A stretch of DNA of 64,000 nt, taken from the NCBI GenBank assembly GCA_031411295.1, contig JANOAV010000215.1:1-64000 (forward strand), read 5' to 3'. Under the pieces are notes generated by a model. It was not told the origin of the DNA. It searched no databases and saw only the letters and a list, made by a program, of their open reading frames with translations. A program made the position numbers and the translations under genes. Shown one piece after another: positions 1 to 10,428 of the stretch (positions are counted from its first letter, which is position 1; each line of letters starts with the position of its first letter). The DNA comes from Verrucomicrobiales bacterium (lineage in GTDB: Bacteria; Verrucomicrobiota; Verrucomicrobiia; Verrucomicrobiales; V1-33).

Positions 1-248
1 AAGAATGCGGGAAGCGGCAGGGAGTTATGGGGCATCCGCCCAATCCATCAGAAGCTGGCAGGGCGCCATGGGAAATTACAGAATTCCAGATATTTTTGAA
101 TCCTTAAAGGCATTGGCTTAAAAGCGGGACTCCAACTCATAATATTCCAGACACGGTCGGAAGTATGCCTGCAACAGCATGACGCAGGTGCTCCGGTTCC
201 TGGAAAAAACTTCTCGCAATCTCATTTCCCCCCGCGTAGTAAATCGGC

Positions 249-666
249 GTGGGACTCGAAACGACCGCTTGGTAGGGGCAACCCTGCTGAGAGGAAAGTC
301 CGAACACCACAAGGCAACGTGCCGGATGTTAAATGCGGGCACTGACGGCGTAAGTCGGCAGTGACGGAAAGTGTCGCAGAGAATATACCACCGTTTTTCC
401 GCAAGGGGAGGCGGCCAGGGTGAAAAGGCGAGGTAAAAGCTCACCGCTCGAACCGCAAGGAACGAGGCAGGAAAAACCCCACGTGGTGCAAGACAGAACA
501 GAGGGAACGGGTTGCCTGCCCGGCCTCAGCCGCAAGGCTGGGATGACCTCGGGTATTAGTCGCCCCTGACGCAAGTCGGGAGCCCGGCTGCAAGGCCGGA
601 CTAGAGGAATGGTCGTTGATCCGCTGGAGAGCAGCGGGGGACAAAATTCGGCTTATGAAAGCCCAC
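249..666 (+). ncRNA. rnpB: RNase P RNA, bacterial type A
   Basis: P4 motifs GAGGAAAGTCCG (291-302) and ACAAAATTCGGCTTA (641-655); P1 ends GTGGG/CCCAC; P6 pseudoknot AGGCAAC/GTTGCCT; many GCAA-capped helices. Confidence 0.97.
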
Positions 667-667
667 C

Positions 668-700
668 CTCTCCTCTTCCCGCAAGGGAAGAGGAGAGTTT
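668..700 (+). terminator. Intrinsic terminator after rnpB, possibly also serving the convergent gene
   Basis: Perfect 13-bp stem CTCTCCTCTTCCC-GCAA-GGGAAGAGGAGAG followed by TTT. Confidence 0.85.
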
Positions 701-710
701 CCTCTTCCGT

Positions 711-3023
711 TTAGAAGGACATTTTCACCCCCACGGTGCCGCTCAGGACATCGCTGCCCCGGTTACCGGCATTGCCACTGGTGGTGTAATCCACGCCGAT
801 GTTGAGGGTGGCGTTCGGGGCCAAGTAGGCTTCGATGCCGGCCCCTGCTCGACCTTCGAGTTCGGCGTTCTCAAACTCGTAGCTCACCCCGCCATAAACG
901 TAAGCGCTAACCCGGTGGGTGAGCTGCTTGGACAAGGTGATAATGACGCCATGACGATTAATGGCGCGGTCGATGAGGCCCTCGCTGAGGCGCTCGGTGC
1001 TCCCTTTGCGGGCGTAGCGACGCTCGAATTCGGTGCCGAGTGAGCGACTCGAGAAGCGGGAAATTTCATTGAAGTAGCTGATGGCCATCTCCGGTCTGCG
1101 GGTGGTTTCCTCTAGGAACGTATAGCCGATGTTCATGTCGAAGCCCCAGCCTTGGCCCAAGGTTTGACCGCCCACCGTGACTTGGCGGAAGAAGAGGTGG
1201 GAGTCCAAGTAGAAACGTTTACTGAAGTGCGTTCCCAGATACATGGAAACAACATTTTGGCGACCGTTCAGGGCTTCCAGGGCCAGTGAATCCGTGGCGC
1301 GATCGTTGCCCCGGTAACTCAATTCCCAAGCCATGCCCGGCCCTTCGTAGCGGCCAACTTTTGCGCCATAAACGACATCGTTATCGCTGCCGCCTACGCT
1401 GGCTTCGCCAAAGAAGCCGTTGGCGATGAGGCGTCGATAGGCTAATTCCGCCTGGAAACGATCTGCTTCGCGACGGGCCGTGGCGCGTTCTCCCTTGAGG
1501 TAAACTTGGTCCCAGTTGCCCCGCACGAGGAGAATATTTCCGCCGCCCAGATCGCCCGTGGAGGCTTCGGTGGCGGTGCGCCAGACGTTGCCTTCGGCAC
1601 CGGATTCGGCCTCGTAAGTGGTGCTCACGGTGGGGCGGTAACGGCTCAGCATTTCGCGTCCCATGCGGGCGGCATCGAAGCGTTCGGTGGGGGCGTTGCG
1701 CGGGTCATTTTCAGCAACCGCATATTGTGCCGCGGCCCCGGACCAGTTGCCCGTGTTGGCATAGGTGTCGGCCAGTTCAACGTTCGCTTCGAAAGGATGC
1801 TTGGCATCGGCCAGCATGGATTCCAGGATCGCTTTGGCTTCGGAAAAACGCCGCTGTTTATTCAAGATGGCTGCGCGGAAGGCTCTGGCATCCGGATGCA
1901 CGGGGCGCTCCAGTTCCAGTTGCACTGCGATGGTCTCGGCCCGGGAAATTTTACCGGCACTCAGGGCGCGTTCCCCCTGCAGCAGCAAACGATCCCGATT
2001 CATGTCCGCCAGGCGCCCGCGGGCATCCCCCCGATCCTCTGCGTCATATCCCGGTTGCGTCAGGATGACTTGATAGGCAGCTTCGGCAGCGGGTAGATTT
2101 TGCGCATCATAGTAAGCATCCGCCAGCGCCTTTTGGTGCACGAAGTGGCCCTTGCCGGCACTGGCGCGCAGGTTTTCCAGCAGTTGGATGGCCTCAGCGC
2201 CATGACCCGTTAGGCTCATGGCGGCGGTCTTCAGCGCCATGGCTTCGGGATCATGCGGATTCTTGGCGAGGAGTTGCTCAGCCACGTCCAAGGCCCGACG
2301 GGCATCGCGTGCGGTCAATGCCGCCTGCCCCTTGGCCTGGAGCGCGTCCAGGGCCATGCCAGTGAGGGATTTCTTGGCATCCGCCTTCTCATCGGCGGTG
2401 GCGGTGCGGGAGCGCAGCAGTTCTTGGAAGGCCGCTTGGGCCGCAGCTTCCTGGCCACTCTCCATCAACGCATAAGCCAGATCCTGTTGATAGCGGAAGG
2501 GCTGCCCCTTAAATTTTTCGTTTTTCAACTTCTGGAGCACCGCCGCGGCTGCGGCTGGTTTGCCTGCCGCATAGAGTTCCTGCGCCTTGGTGGCGGCCGG
2601 ATCGTCCTCGGCTCCGTCTGGCAACAAATCTGCCTGCAAGGTTGCCAAGTCTGCCGCCTTGGGGTCCCGCCGGGTGATCTCTCCGATCAACAGTTGGGCC
2701 ATGCGCTGATTGCCTACGCGGGTGTAAACTTCCGCCATTTCCCGCAACTGCTCCAGGTTCATGCTGGGCAAGTTCTTGACGATCGTCTGCTCCTTGGGAC
2801 CCAAGGGTGAGGCGGCCTTCGGCTTCGCGCTGGGCAGGGCGGCGGAGCGAATTTGCACTTTGGGGGCCTCCTTGGCGGGTGCGGCTGCGCGGATTTCCAC
2901 TTGAGGTTCCGCAGGGGCGGCTGGTTTGCTGGCCGGCGCTGGCTCCTGCGCGCGGGCTAGCGAGATGAGGCTGCAACCTAGGCTGGTGAAGGCAAGGGTG
3001 AGTTTTGTCATGGGATGGGTCAT
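711..3023 (-). CDS. Secreted TPR protein with C-terminal outer-membrane beta-barrel (PelB/PgaA-like porin-scaffold)
   Basis: Signal peptide after MTHPMTKL (start 3023 or 3011), Pro/Ala linker, TPR-like helices, amphipathic beta strands ending in Phe (VGVKMSF). Confidence 0.65.
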   Translation of the reverse strand: MTHPMTKLTLAFTSLGCSLISLARAQEPAPASKPAAPAEPQVEIRAAAPAKEAPKVQIRSAALPSAKPKAASPLGPKEQTIVKNLPSMNLEQLREMAEVYTRVGNQRMAQLLIGEITRRDPKAADLATLQADLLPDGAEDDPAATKAQELYAAGKPAAAAAVLQKLKNEKFKGQPFRYQQDLAYALMESGQEAAAQAAFQELLRSRTATADEKADAKKSLTGMALDALQAKGQAALTARDARRALDVAEQLLAKNPHDPEAMALKTAAMSLTGHGAEAIQLLENLRASAGKGHFVHQKALADAYYDAQNLPAAEAAYQVILTQPGYDAEDRGDARGRLADMNRDRLLLQGERALSAGKISRAETIAVQLELERPVHPDARAFRAAILNKQRRFSEAKAILESMLADAKHPFEANVELADTYANTGNWSGAAAQYAVAENDPRNAPTERFDAARMGREMLSRYRPTVSTTYEAESGAEGNVWRTATEASTGDLGGGNILLVRGNWDQVYLKGERATARREADRFQAELAYRRLIANGFFGEASVGGSDNDVVYGAKVGRYEGPGMAWELSYRGNDRATDSLALEALNGRQNVVSMYLGTHFSKRFYLDSHLFFRQVTVGGQTLGQGWGFDMNIGYTFLEETTRRPEMAISYFNEISRFSSRSLGTEFERRYARKGSTERLSEGLIDRAINRHGVIITLSKQLTHRVSAYVYGGVSYEFENAELEGRAGAGIEAYLAPNATLNIGVDYTTSGNAGNRGSDVLSGTVGVKMSF

Positions 3024-3060
3024 AGGATTGGTGACGGTCGATTGGAGATTCTTAGTTTTG

Positions 3061-5181
3061 CTAACGCACCGCCGCTTTCGGCGTGGGTGGCGGCGGTGCG
3101 GGCGCGTCCAGCTTGTCCTCCATGAGCGAGAGGGACTTGGTGTAAGCCTGCTGGGCTTCGGCCTCACGGCCTTCCGCTTTGTAAATGTCCCCCAACAGCA
3201 TCCAGCCTTGTGGGTCAGGCACGGTGAGGGCAGTAAGGTATTTCTTTTGATAGTTCTCAGCCGAAGGAAAGTTTCCGGCCTTAAAGCGGGCTGCGGCCAG
3301 CAGTGGCCACAGGGCGGGTTCGTCTGGCACTGAAGTGAACAACGCATCCGCCTCCTTGGCGTAGCCAGTCTGCAAATAAATCTGACCCAAGTCCAAACGC
3401 ACTTCCGGTCCGAAGGCAAATTTATCCTCAATGCCCCGGCCCAGAAAGGCGAGGGCACTCGCGTAGTCCTCCGCCAGCACCGCCAGCTCAATGTAAAGCT
3501 GCATTGCTTGCATGTCGGATTTCATCTCCGGACGTCCTAACACGCTCAGGGCTTCCTGATAGCGATCCAGCAAACGCAGGGTATGAGCCAACTCGATGCG
3601 CAGGCTGTGGCTCTGCGGAATCCGCCGCAAGCCCGTCTCATAGGTTTTCACTTCCTGTTCCTGTTCCCCGACCACATCGAAGCTGCGGCCTAGTTCCAAA
3701 TAATCCTGCGTGGTTGGTTGCTTGAGCCGATGCATCCGTGCCACCAAGGCGCGATTGTAGGCCGGATACTCCGCGAGCGATTCCGCTAACAGGGCGTAAT
3801 TTTCCAGCGTGAAATTATCGTGCGATTTTTCGGGTAGTTGCTCATAGATTTGGAACGCCGCCCGGAATTCACCCCGGGCAATTTGAATATCTGCGATTTC
3901 CTTCTGCACACTCAGGTCCTTGGGATCCAACTTCAGCGCTTGATGGTAGAGACCAAGCGCATCGTCGAGTCGTGACTGTTCTTCGGCTACTGCAGCGCGC
4001 AGTTTCAACGCCGCCACATCTCGCGGATGGAGTTCCAGCCAGGCGGCAAAATTCCGGTCAGCCGCTTCATACTCCCCGGCATCCGCCTGCATCTGCGCCA
4101 AAGTTAGGGTCAACTCTGGCTGGTCGGGAACGGGCACCACCGCAGCCAGCACCGGGAGCACTTCCCCATCTAAATTCAGTCCAGGATTCAAGGCCAGAAT
4201 CCGCTTCAGCGCATCCCGATCTCCCAGCACGGCTAATTTCTGATGCCAGCGAAATGCGTCCAACGGATGTCCTCCCCATTCCAGGGTCAGGGAGAAACGC
4301 TTGGCGAGGCTCCGCCAAGTCTCCTCCACCTTGATTTTACCCTGTGCCAAGTCCTCCAGGCTGGCACTGCCTGCGGGCTGGGATTGGAGGAAATGTTGCA
4401 CCAGCGGCAGCACCCGATCCATCTGGCCAGCCTGACTGGCTAATTCACAGAGGAGATCCGCCTGCTTTGGTTGGAGTTCACTGGGGAGGTCTTTGAGATA
4501 AATGTCCAACGCCTTGTCGGGCCGGTTCAGTTCCCGATACAGCTGAAATGGCATATCCTTCAATCCATGTGGGAGTGGTCCCAATGCCTGCCAAGCCTCC
4601 AGCGCTTCCAGCGCCCCCTGCGGTCGGCCGGACCATCGATACGCTGCGACTTGTCGCACCAGGAGCGCTTCAGAGTGCACCCCCTGTGCCCTGCCGTCCG
4701 TTAGGATGTCCGCGGCCAACTTAGGATCCCCCGCGCTCAGGGCCGCTTGCCCCAGCCCCAGGTAAACTTTGCCTAACTGGCTGTCGTCCAACTGGGAGCG
4801 CAGGCTCTTGATTAACTCCCAAGCAGCTGCGGGATCATTTACCTGCTGAATCGTGGCGGTCAGATCGATTGACGTCCCTCTGGCCTCAGGCAGCAGGGCC
4901 GCGCGCAGTCGCTCCAGTGCAGGAGCAGGCGCAGCTTCCTCTGGCACCGGAAGCGCTTTCAGGATCGTGATCGGATGTTCCACGATCGGAGGGGGGGAAT
5001 CACTTTCCGCCACTGCGATGGCGCGTTGATGATGCCCGTCCTCCAACAATCGCTTCACCAACTCCTTCCGTTGCGGGACGAGCCACGCTGCTAACAGCAA
5101 ACTTCCCAACACGATCGGCCGCACGAAACGCGGACTGACCACATGGGTTGCTGGTTTGGATTGAACTGATCGCGTTGCCAT
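3061..5181 (-). CDS. Membrane-anchored TPR protein, PelB N-terminal-like
   Basis: N-terminal hydrophobic helix; TPRs throughout; W-[SG]-G-x-P-x-x-A motifs (RWSGRPQGAL, EWGGHPLDAF) reminiscent of PelB. Confidence 0.6.
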   Translation of the reverse strand: MATRSVQSKPATHVVSPRFVRPIVLGSLLLAAWLVPQRKELVKRLLEDGHHQRAIAVAESDSPPPIVEHPITILKALPVPEEAAPAPALERLRAALLPEARGTSIDLTATIQQVNDPAAAWELIKSLRSQLDDSQLGKVYLGLGQAALSAGDPKLAADILTDGRAQGVHSEALLVRQVAAYRWSGRPQGALEALEAWQALGPLPHGLKDMPFQLYRELNRPDKALDIYLKDLPSELQPKQADLLCELASQAGQMDRVLPLVQHFLQSQPAGSASLEDLAQGKIKVEETWRSLAKRFSLTLEWGGHPLDAFRWHQKLAVLGDRDALKRILALNPGLNLDGEVLPVLAAVVPVPDQPELTLTLAQMQADAGEYEAADRNFAAWLELHPRDVAALKLRAAVAEEQSRLDDALGLYHQALKLDPKDLSVQKEIADIQIARGEFRAAFQIYEQLPEKSHDNFTLENYALLAESLAEYPAYNRALVARMHRLKQPTTQDYLELGRSFDVVGEQEQEVKTYETGLRRIPQSHSLRIELAHTLRLLDRYQEALSVLGRPEMKSDMQAMQLYIELAVLAEDYASALAFLGRGIEDKFAFGPEVRLDLGQIYLQTGYAKEADALFTSVPDEPALWPLLAAARFKAGNFPSAENYQKKYLTALTVPDPQGWMLLGDIYKAEGREAEAQQAYTKSLSLMEDKLDAPAPPPPTPKAAVR

Positions 5182-5657
5182 AGAGTAAACTTGCCTAACT
5201 TGCCATCAATGCCTCATAACTATTTCTCTGGATGCCTCGTCCAGACCGTTGTCCATCAATAATGTCGCCTTCTTACCCATCAGAAATGATTTTGAAATTC
5301 TAGTTTTTGAGAAACCTCTCAATTATGATTATACTAGTTCGTCGGAAATTGCCAGCAAAATTACCGTAAATTTTTATAATGAATGGTGAATATCTTATAG
5401 AAACCAACTTCTACGCCTCCCATTGGAGTTAGGTCAGGACGCACCACGCTATAAGACTATAAAGGGTTCCGAATAATTAGGATGTCTTCGCGAGCTATCT
5501 CGCTGAAAAATCATAATTTCCGTTGATTCTGGTGCGGATGGACTGATTTGTCTCAAAATTAAATAATTTCTAGACAATGCGACGCACATGGAATAATCTG
5601 CCCACACCACGCTGCCGAACCTTATCACTCAACCCGTAACCTCAGCAGCGCTATTCC

Positions 5658-6137
5658 ATGCTTATGAAGACAAAACTAACGGCCCTTTTTGCTTTGGGCA
5701 TGCTCTCCCTAACTACTCTAAATAGCTTTGCGGGCGAACCGCGCATCGTGGGCTATGCCAACGGCAAGCCATTGTATGTGACGAGTGGCCCCATCGTCCG
5801 CCCCGCGCGGCCTGCTACCCAATCGGTTGTTGTGAGAGAGCCAATCCGAGTTCGCGTCAATGTTGGCTCCACCGGTTCCTACCATGGTCCCGCTGCGACC
5901 AGTTATGGAGCCAGCGCAGGTTACGGCTGGAACAACGGTGGCTATTACGACCCTAGCGTGGCCTACGGCAGCTACGGTTATGGGTATGGCTCCGGATACA
6001 ACCAAGGGCAGCATCCCTGTCCTCCCCTCCGCGCGAATTGCCAACCATACGTGACCCCCTATCCCGCAGCGGCCTCACGCGGCTACTCGTGGATTCCGCG
6101 CTATGGAGCCAGCGACCACATCCCAAAGTATAAGTAA
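5658..6137 (+). CDS. Secreted Gly/Tyr/Pro-rich low-complexity protein
   Basis: Signal peptide ending SFA; GYG/YGS-rich body. Confidence 0.7.
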   Translation: MLMKTKLTALFALGMLSLTTLNSFAGEPRIVGYANGKPLYVTSGPIVRPARPATQSVVVREPIRVRVNVGSTGSYHGPAATSYGASAGYGWNNGGYYDPSVAYGSYGYGYGSGYNQGQHPCPPLRANCQPYVTPYPAAASRGYSWIPRYGASDHIPKYK

Positions 6138-6285
6138 CCCTTGGGAAAATGATTGCCCCATGGATTTCGTCAGCGCCTTCTGCGCGACGGATTCTAGTAG
6201 TGGCTCCAAGGCTTGGGTGGCCGCAACGCTGCTTCGCCAATTTGCGACGACGGTCTCGACTCCGGTTGCCTGAAGCTTTCCCGGA

Positions 6286-8520
6286 TCAATTCTGGGTTAC
6301 TTTGGTGCGCAGGAAGCGCTTGGAGCCGGGCACAATCGGGGTGAAGTCCTTGATGGTAACTACAGTGCGGTCCGTCGCATCCACTGCGCTCTCAACTCGG
6401 GGGTGAGCGAAGCCATCCGTGCTGCTCCAAATCGTCGTCCACCCGCTGTCCAACACGGAGCTGACCTGCACCTCGTAAGTCAGCCCAGCGGTAAACTTCC
6501 GGAGGGGAAATGTCACTGTCATCGTCTGCGGACTGGGAGCCGTGTCCAGTAATCCATGGACCGGGCCATCAGCCGTGCGGTTAACGTTGGGATCTCCCAG
6601 AAAGGCATATTCCAGCAGATTGGAAAGTGCATCTCCATCCGGATCCAGCCCCTCAGCATTCTGACCACCAGCAAAAGACTGCCGCGCGGCCCAGGTCGTG
6701 TAGGAGTCCGTCACGGTTACCGTAACGTTCTGCGAGGTGCTCAGATTGTCCAGATCGGTCGCAGTGACCGCCACCGTGCTGGTGCCACCAGCCAGCGCGA
6801 CCAGATGGACTTGACCACTCACAATAGTGGCGCTGACCGCGGCCGGATTCGAGTTATTCGAGATGGCATAAGTCATCGTTGGAATGGGCGTGACCGAGTT
6901 CATTTTCACCACGAGCGACTGATCCATCACAGTGGGTGCGGAAGCTGCATTCATCGGAAAATCGCTAAAAGAAGTCCCGGTGCTGGCCCCATCCAAATTC
7001 AGACCGTAAGTGCGGGTGGGGAGGAGGCTGATGGAGTCAGCCACCGTCATCCCATTTCCGGCCACACGACCGAAGACGGTGAATCCGCCATTTTGGAAAT
7101 CAAGGTTTGAGCGGTTGTCGCCCAGGCTCACGAAGAACTCGTCGGTCGCACTATTCGGATTGCCTCCCAATTTTGCCATGGAGATCGTGCCCCGCACATT
7201 GGCGACACCCGGCTCATTGACCACCGTAGGATCTTTCACCACGACGTTGAAGTTGCTCCCAGTCCCCGTTGCACGGAAGCCTCCTCCTTGAATCACAAAG
7301 CCTGCGATGCTCCGGTGGAAGACCACATCGGTATATCGTGCCAGATAGTTCTTGAAATTGGTGACCGTGGCCGGGGTGGCGGTATCGAATAGGATGAAAT
7401 CCATATTTCCCATGGTCGTGCTGACCCGGACCGCCGATTCCGCTTCGACATCCGTGAAAATTCCGGCCAAATTGGTGTCTCGCGTTGCACCCGCGGCCGT
7501 CGTCCAGGCGGGGATCGTCGTGGCCACCACTGGGGCCCCCGCCGCCGGACGCACCCGGATGTAGAACGTCTGCGTCTGCGACCAAGTATTGGCGAAATTG
7601 ACGGTGTAAGTCAGTGGGTAAACCCCCACTGGTGGATAAGTCCCAGTGAGCGCTCCCGTGGAACTGTTAAACGTTAGAGTGCTCGGAAGAGGTGTTAGGG
7701 TTCGTGAGGTCACGGCAGCACCGGCGGAATTGTTGAAAGTATGGGAGAAAGCTGCTCCGGGAATGCCGGATGTTCCAGTCTTGCTGGTGATGGCGTCCTT
7801 TGTCGCAATCGTCGCGATGGCAGAAGCACCGGAAAGCCAGGAATCCGTCCCCCCGGCGGCATTCGTCACATTGATATAGGCCCGCACCGCAAAATTGTAG
7901 GTCGTGCCCGGGGCGATCGCCACGTAGTCATTAATTGCCGAGGAATAGAACTCTGTGATGGTGGTTGGCGAGTTCGGGACATTCGCCCAAATCTCATAGT
8001 TAGCATCCGTCGAACGTTTCCCATAAACTGCGAAGCCCGACTTATTGGTCGCATTATTCGTCCAACTCGGAGTGAAACTCACGGGAGTCGACGTGGCGGC
8101 GGGATTGGATGGTGCAAGAAAGGTCACCGTAGCCGCCGGCATCACCACTGGGGCGGCGGTGCTGTAAGCTGAATAAGCCTTGGTGTTGCTTGGGCCGGTG
8201 AGGTTATAGGCACGCACCCGCATCGTGAAGGTTTTCCCCGCAGTGCTGCCACCGAAACCAGCAAAAAAATTGACCGAATTCGCAGGCAAGGTAGTGCTAT
8301 ACGCTGTGAAGGAACCGTTCCCATCTTTGTATTCCAGCTCGAGGCCCGTTTCATCAGTCGCGTTGTCCAACCAAGACAGCACGATCGAATCATACGCGAT
8401 AGCCGTGGCCCGCATGGCGGTGGGAGCAGCTGGGGCCACTGCTGCGGCATTTCCTACAATGCAGAACAGTCCGCAGAGCACGGACCAAAGCCAGACACAG
8501 GCAACGCTACGAGAATACAT
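6286..8520 (-). CDS. Secreted FN3 / Ig-like / cyclophilin-type peptidyl-prolyl isomerase with verrucomicrobial C-terminal domain
   Basis: Signal peptide; two FN3-like repeats; cyclophilin motifs FHRSIAGFVIQGGG, ISMAK, FTVFGRV; DPDGD..NLLEYAF tail. Confidence 0.88.
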   Translation of the reverse strand: MYSRSVACVWLWSVLCGLFCIVGNAAAVAPAAPTAMRATAIAYDSIVLSWLDNATDETGLELEYKDGNGSFTAYSTTLPANSVNFFAGFGGSTAGKTFTMRVRAYNLTGPSNTKAYSAYSTAAPVVMPAATVTFLAPSNPAATSTPVSFTPSWTNNATNKSGFAVYGKRSTDANYEIWANVPNSPTTITEFYSSAINDYVAIAPGTTYNFAVRAYINVTNAAGGTDSWLSGASAIATIATKDAITSKTGTSGIPGAAFSHTFNNSAGAAVTSRTLTPLPSTLTFNSSTGALTGTYPPVGVYPLTYTVNFANTWSQTQTFYIRVRPAAGAPVVATTIPAWTTAAGATRDTNLAGIFTDVEAESAVRVSTTMGNMDFILFDTATPATVTNFKNYLARYTDVVFHRSIAGFVIQGGGFRATGTGSNFNVVVKDPTVVNEPGVANVRGTISMAKLGGNPNSATDEFFVSLGDNRSNLDFQNGGFTVFGRVAGNGMTVADSISLLPTRTYGLNLDGASTGTSFSDFPMNAASAPTVMDQSLVVKMNSVTPIPTMTYAISNNSNPAAVSATIVSGQVHLVALAGGTSTVAVTATDLDNLSTSQNVTVTVTDSYTTWAARQSFAGGQNAEGLDPDGDALSNLLEYAFLGDPNVNRTADGPVHGLLDTAPSPQTMTVTFPLRKFTAGLTYEVQVSSVLDSGWTTIWSSTDGFAHPRVESAVDATDRTVVTIKDFTPIVPGSKRFLRTKVTQN

Positions 8521-8762
8521 GGGAGGGAGGGGAATGAAATTTGGGGGAAGGGAGGGATAGCGGTCACCTTACCGAAAATCATCCCAGTTCGTCAATCTTG
8601 GAAATGGAAAATGTGCCGCGCTTCCCCAAGAGATCTCTTCCGATGGACCCTGCCGCAAAACGTCACTGTGCTTTACTTTTGTCCTGCATCATTCCACTGT
8701 TCCCCGGTCGCCCCTCCGTTTCCCGTCTCATGCCACCCTGAAAAAGCAATTTCCATCCTCTC

Positions 8763-10340
8763 ATGATTTTCCGCCGCCTCTCCTTCGCTCTGGCGTTCCT
8801 TTGTGCCTTCACTCAGGCGCTGGTTTTAAGTTTGCATGCCGACGCTAGCAAGCTAGGGAATACTGCCCTGCCCCGCTCCACTCCTGAGTTTCAGGCGGTT
8901 CACACAGAGGGGCTGGTGCATTTCTTCGATGCCATTGAGGCGAAGAAACTTGAACTGCACAGTATTATCGTGGTGCGGCATGGGAATGTGATCGTGGAAG
9001 CCTGGTGGGCACCGTATGGGCCGCAACTGAACCACACGATGTATTCCATGAGCAAGAGTTTCACCTCGACCGCAGTGGGGCTTGCCATCAATGAGGGGAA
9101 ACTGAAATTGGATGATCCCGTCATTTCCTTTTTCCCCAACGACCTTCCGGCAGAAATCAGCGCCAACCTCAAATCCCTGCGTGTTAGGGACCTGCTTTGC
9201 ATGTCCGCCGGCCAGGGCAAAGATCCCACGTTCGACACCGTGAAATCGGCTGACTGGGCGAAGGATTTCCTGGCGAAGCCGTTCGATCATGAGCCCGGCA
9301 CGAAATTTCTCTATAACAGCATCGCAACTTACATGTGCTCGGCCATCGTTCAGAAGGTTACCGGACAGACGGTGCATGAATACTTGAAAGCGCGACTGTT
9401 TGAACCGCTGGGCATTACTGGCACCACGTGGGAAGTCAGCCCGCAAGGCATCAATACGGGCGGTTGGGGCTTGGGCATCACGACTGAGGGGTTGGCGAAA
9501 TTCGGCCAACTGTTGCTTCAGAAAGGAAAATGGAACGACCGTCAGATCGTGCCCGCCACCTGGGTGGAGACTGCCACCACCACAAAAATCATGCAGCCGG
9601 AACCAGCCAAACCCAGCCGCCCCAACGCCGACAACGACTGGCTGCAGGGCTACGGTTTCCAGTTCTGGCGCTGCCGCCACCATGCGTATCGGGGCGATGG
9701 CGCGTTCGGGCAATACACCATCGTTATGCCGGAGCAGGATGCGGTGGTGGCCATCACCAGTGAAGTGAACGACATGCAGGGACTGCTGGATCTGGTGTGG
9801 GAGCATTTGCTGCCAGCCATGGGTGGCCGTGAATCAAAGCTGGAACAAGCGGGGGAGGATTTGCGGAAGCGCTTGCCCACACTAGCATTGCCTGCAGCCG
9901 AAGGGAAGCCGACCTCACCCACGGCCGATCGCATCAGTGGAAAAGCATTTGAGTTTGAAGACAATGCGCTGGGATTGAAGTCGGTCGTGTTCAATTTCAC
10001 GGGCGATTCTCACCACGTCACGTTCCGCACTGCCGATGCCGGCCACACCATTCCCTGCGGCCTCGGAGGCTGGCAGAACAGTGAGATCGCATTGCCGGGA
10101 ACGCCACCAAGATTCGTGAAAGCGATCAACACACCGGAGGGAGTCGCGATGAAGGCCGCAGCCAGCGCAGGCTGGAAGGATGAGAACACCCTGGGGATGA
10201 TCTGGCGCTATATTGAGACACCGCATAGTGATCGGGTGGCCTGCCAGTTTGAGGGAGAAACGGTGCGCATCACTTTCTCCAACAGTGTGGGAAAAGACAG
10301 CCGTCCGGTGCTGATTGGCAAGATGGTGGCTCGGCCATAG
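8763..10340 (+). CDS. Serine hydrolase, beta-lactamase class C-like family
   Basis: SxxK (SMSK), YxS (YNS), RGDG; signal peptide. Confidence 0.9.
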   Translation: MIFRRLSFALAFLCAFTQALVLSLHADASKLGNTALPRSTPEFQAVHTEGLVHFFDAIEAKKLELHSIIVVRHGNVIVEAWWAPYGPQLNHTMYSMSKSFTSTAVGLAINEGKLKLDDPVISFFPNDLPAEISANLKSLRVRDLLCMSAGQGKDPTFDTVKSADWAKDFLAKPFDHEPGTKFLYNSIATYMCSAIVQKVTGQTVHEYLKARLFEPLGITGTTWEVSPQGINTGGWGLGITTEGLAKFGQLLLQKGKWNDRQIVPATWVETATTTKIMQPEPAKPSRPNADNDWLQGYGFQFWRCRHHAYRGDGAFGQYTIVMPEQDAVVAITSEVNDMQGLLDLVWEHLLPAMGGRESKLEQAGEDLRKRLPTLALPAAEGKPTSPTADRISGKAFEFEDNALGLKSVVFNFTGDSHHVTFRTADAGHTIPCGLGGWQNSEIALPGTPPRFVKAINTPEGVAMKAAASAGWKDENTLGMIWRYIETPHSDRVACQFEGETVRITFSNSVGKDSRPVLIGKMVARP

Positions 10341-10428
10341 CGACCACGAAACTCTTTTGGACCCGGTCTGGGGCGGGAATTTGGGTTGCAGTGAGCGGAT
10401 CTCGGAAGCATTGATGGAGATCTTTCCT

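Noticed and set aside
1..35. Possible minus-strand gene start MPHNSLPLPAF leaving the window
   Set aside because: Too short to support
118..1043. Short ORFs over rnpB and ORF 609-1043
   Set aside because: They overlap the structured RNA or lie antisense to the barrel gene
3024..3491. N-terminal extension of the 926-aa ORF, suggesting a frameshifted single PelB
   Set aside because: It overlaps the upstream gene in another frame; the downstream protein has its own signal peptide at 3023/3011
5182..5657. c-di-GMP riboswitch upstream of the PelB-like genes
   Set aside because: Could not find the GEMM two-hairpin consensus by eye
8853..9806. Long antisense ORFs (also 40284-41138, 44931-45782, 56980-57897, 59298-60269)
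   Set aside because: Shadow frames of GC-rich genes with recognisable motifs on the other strand
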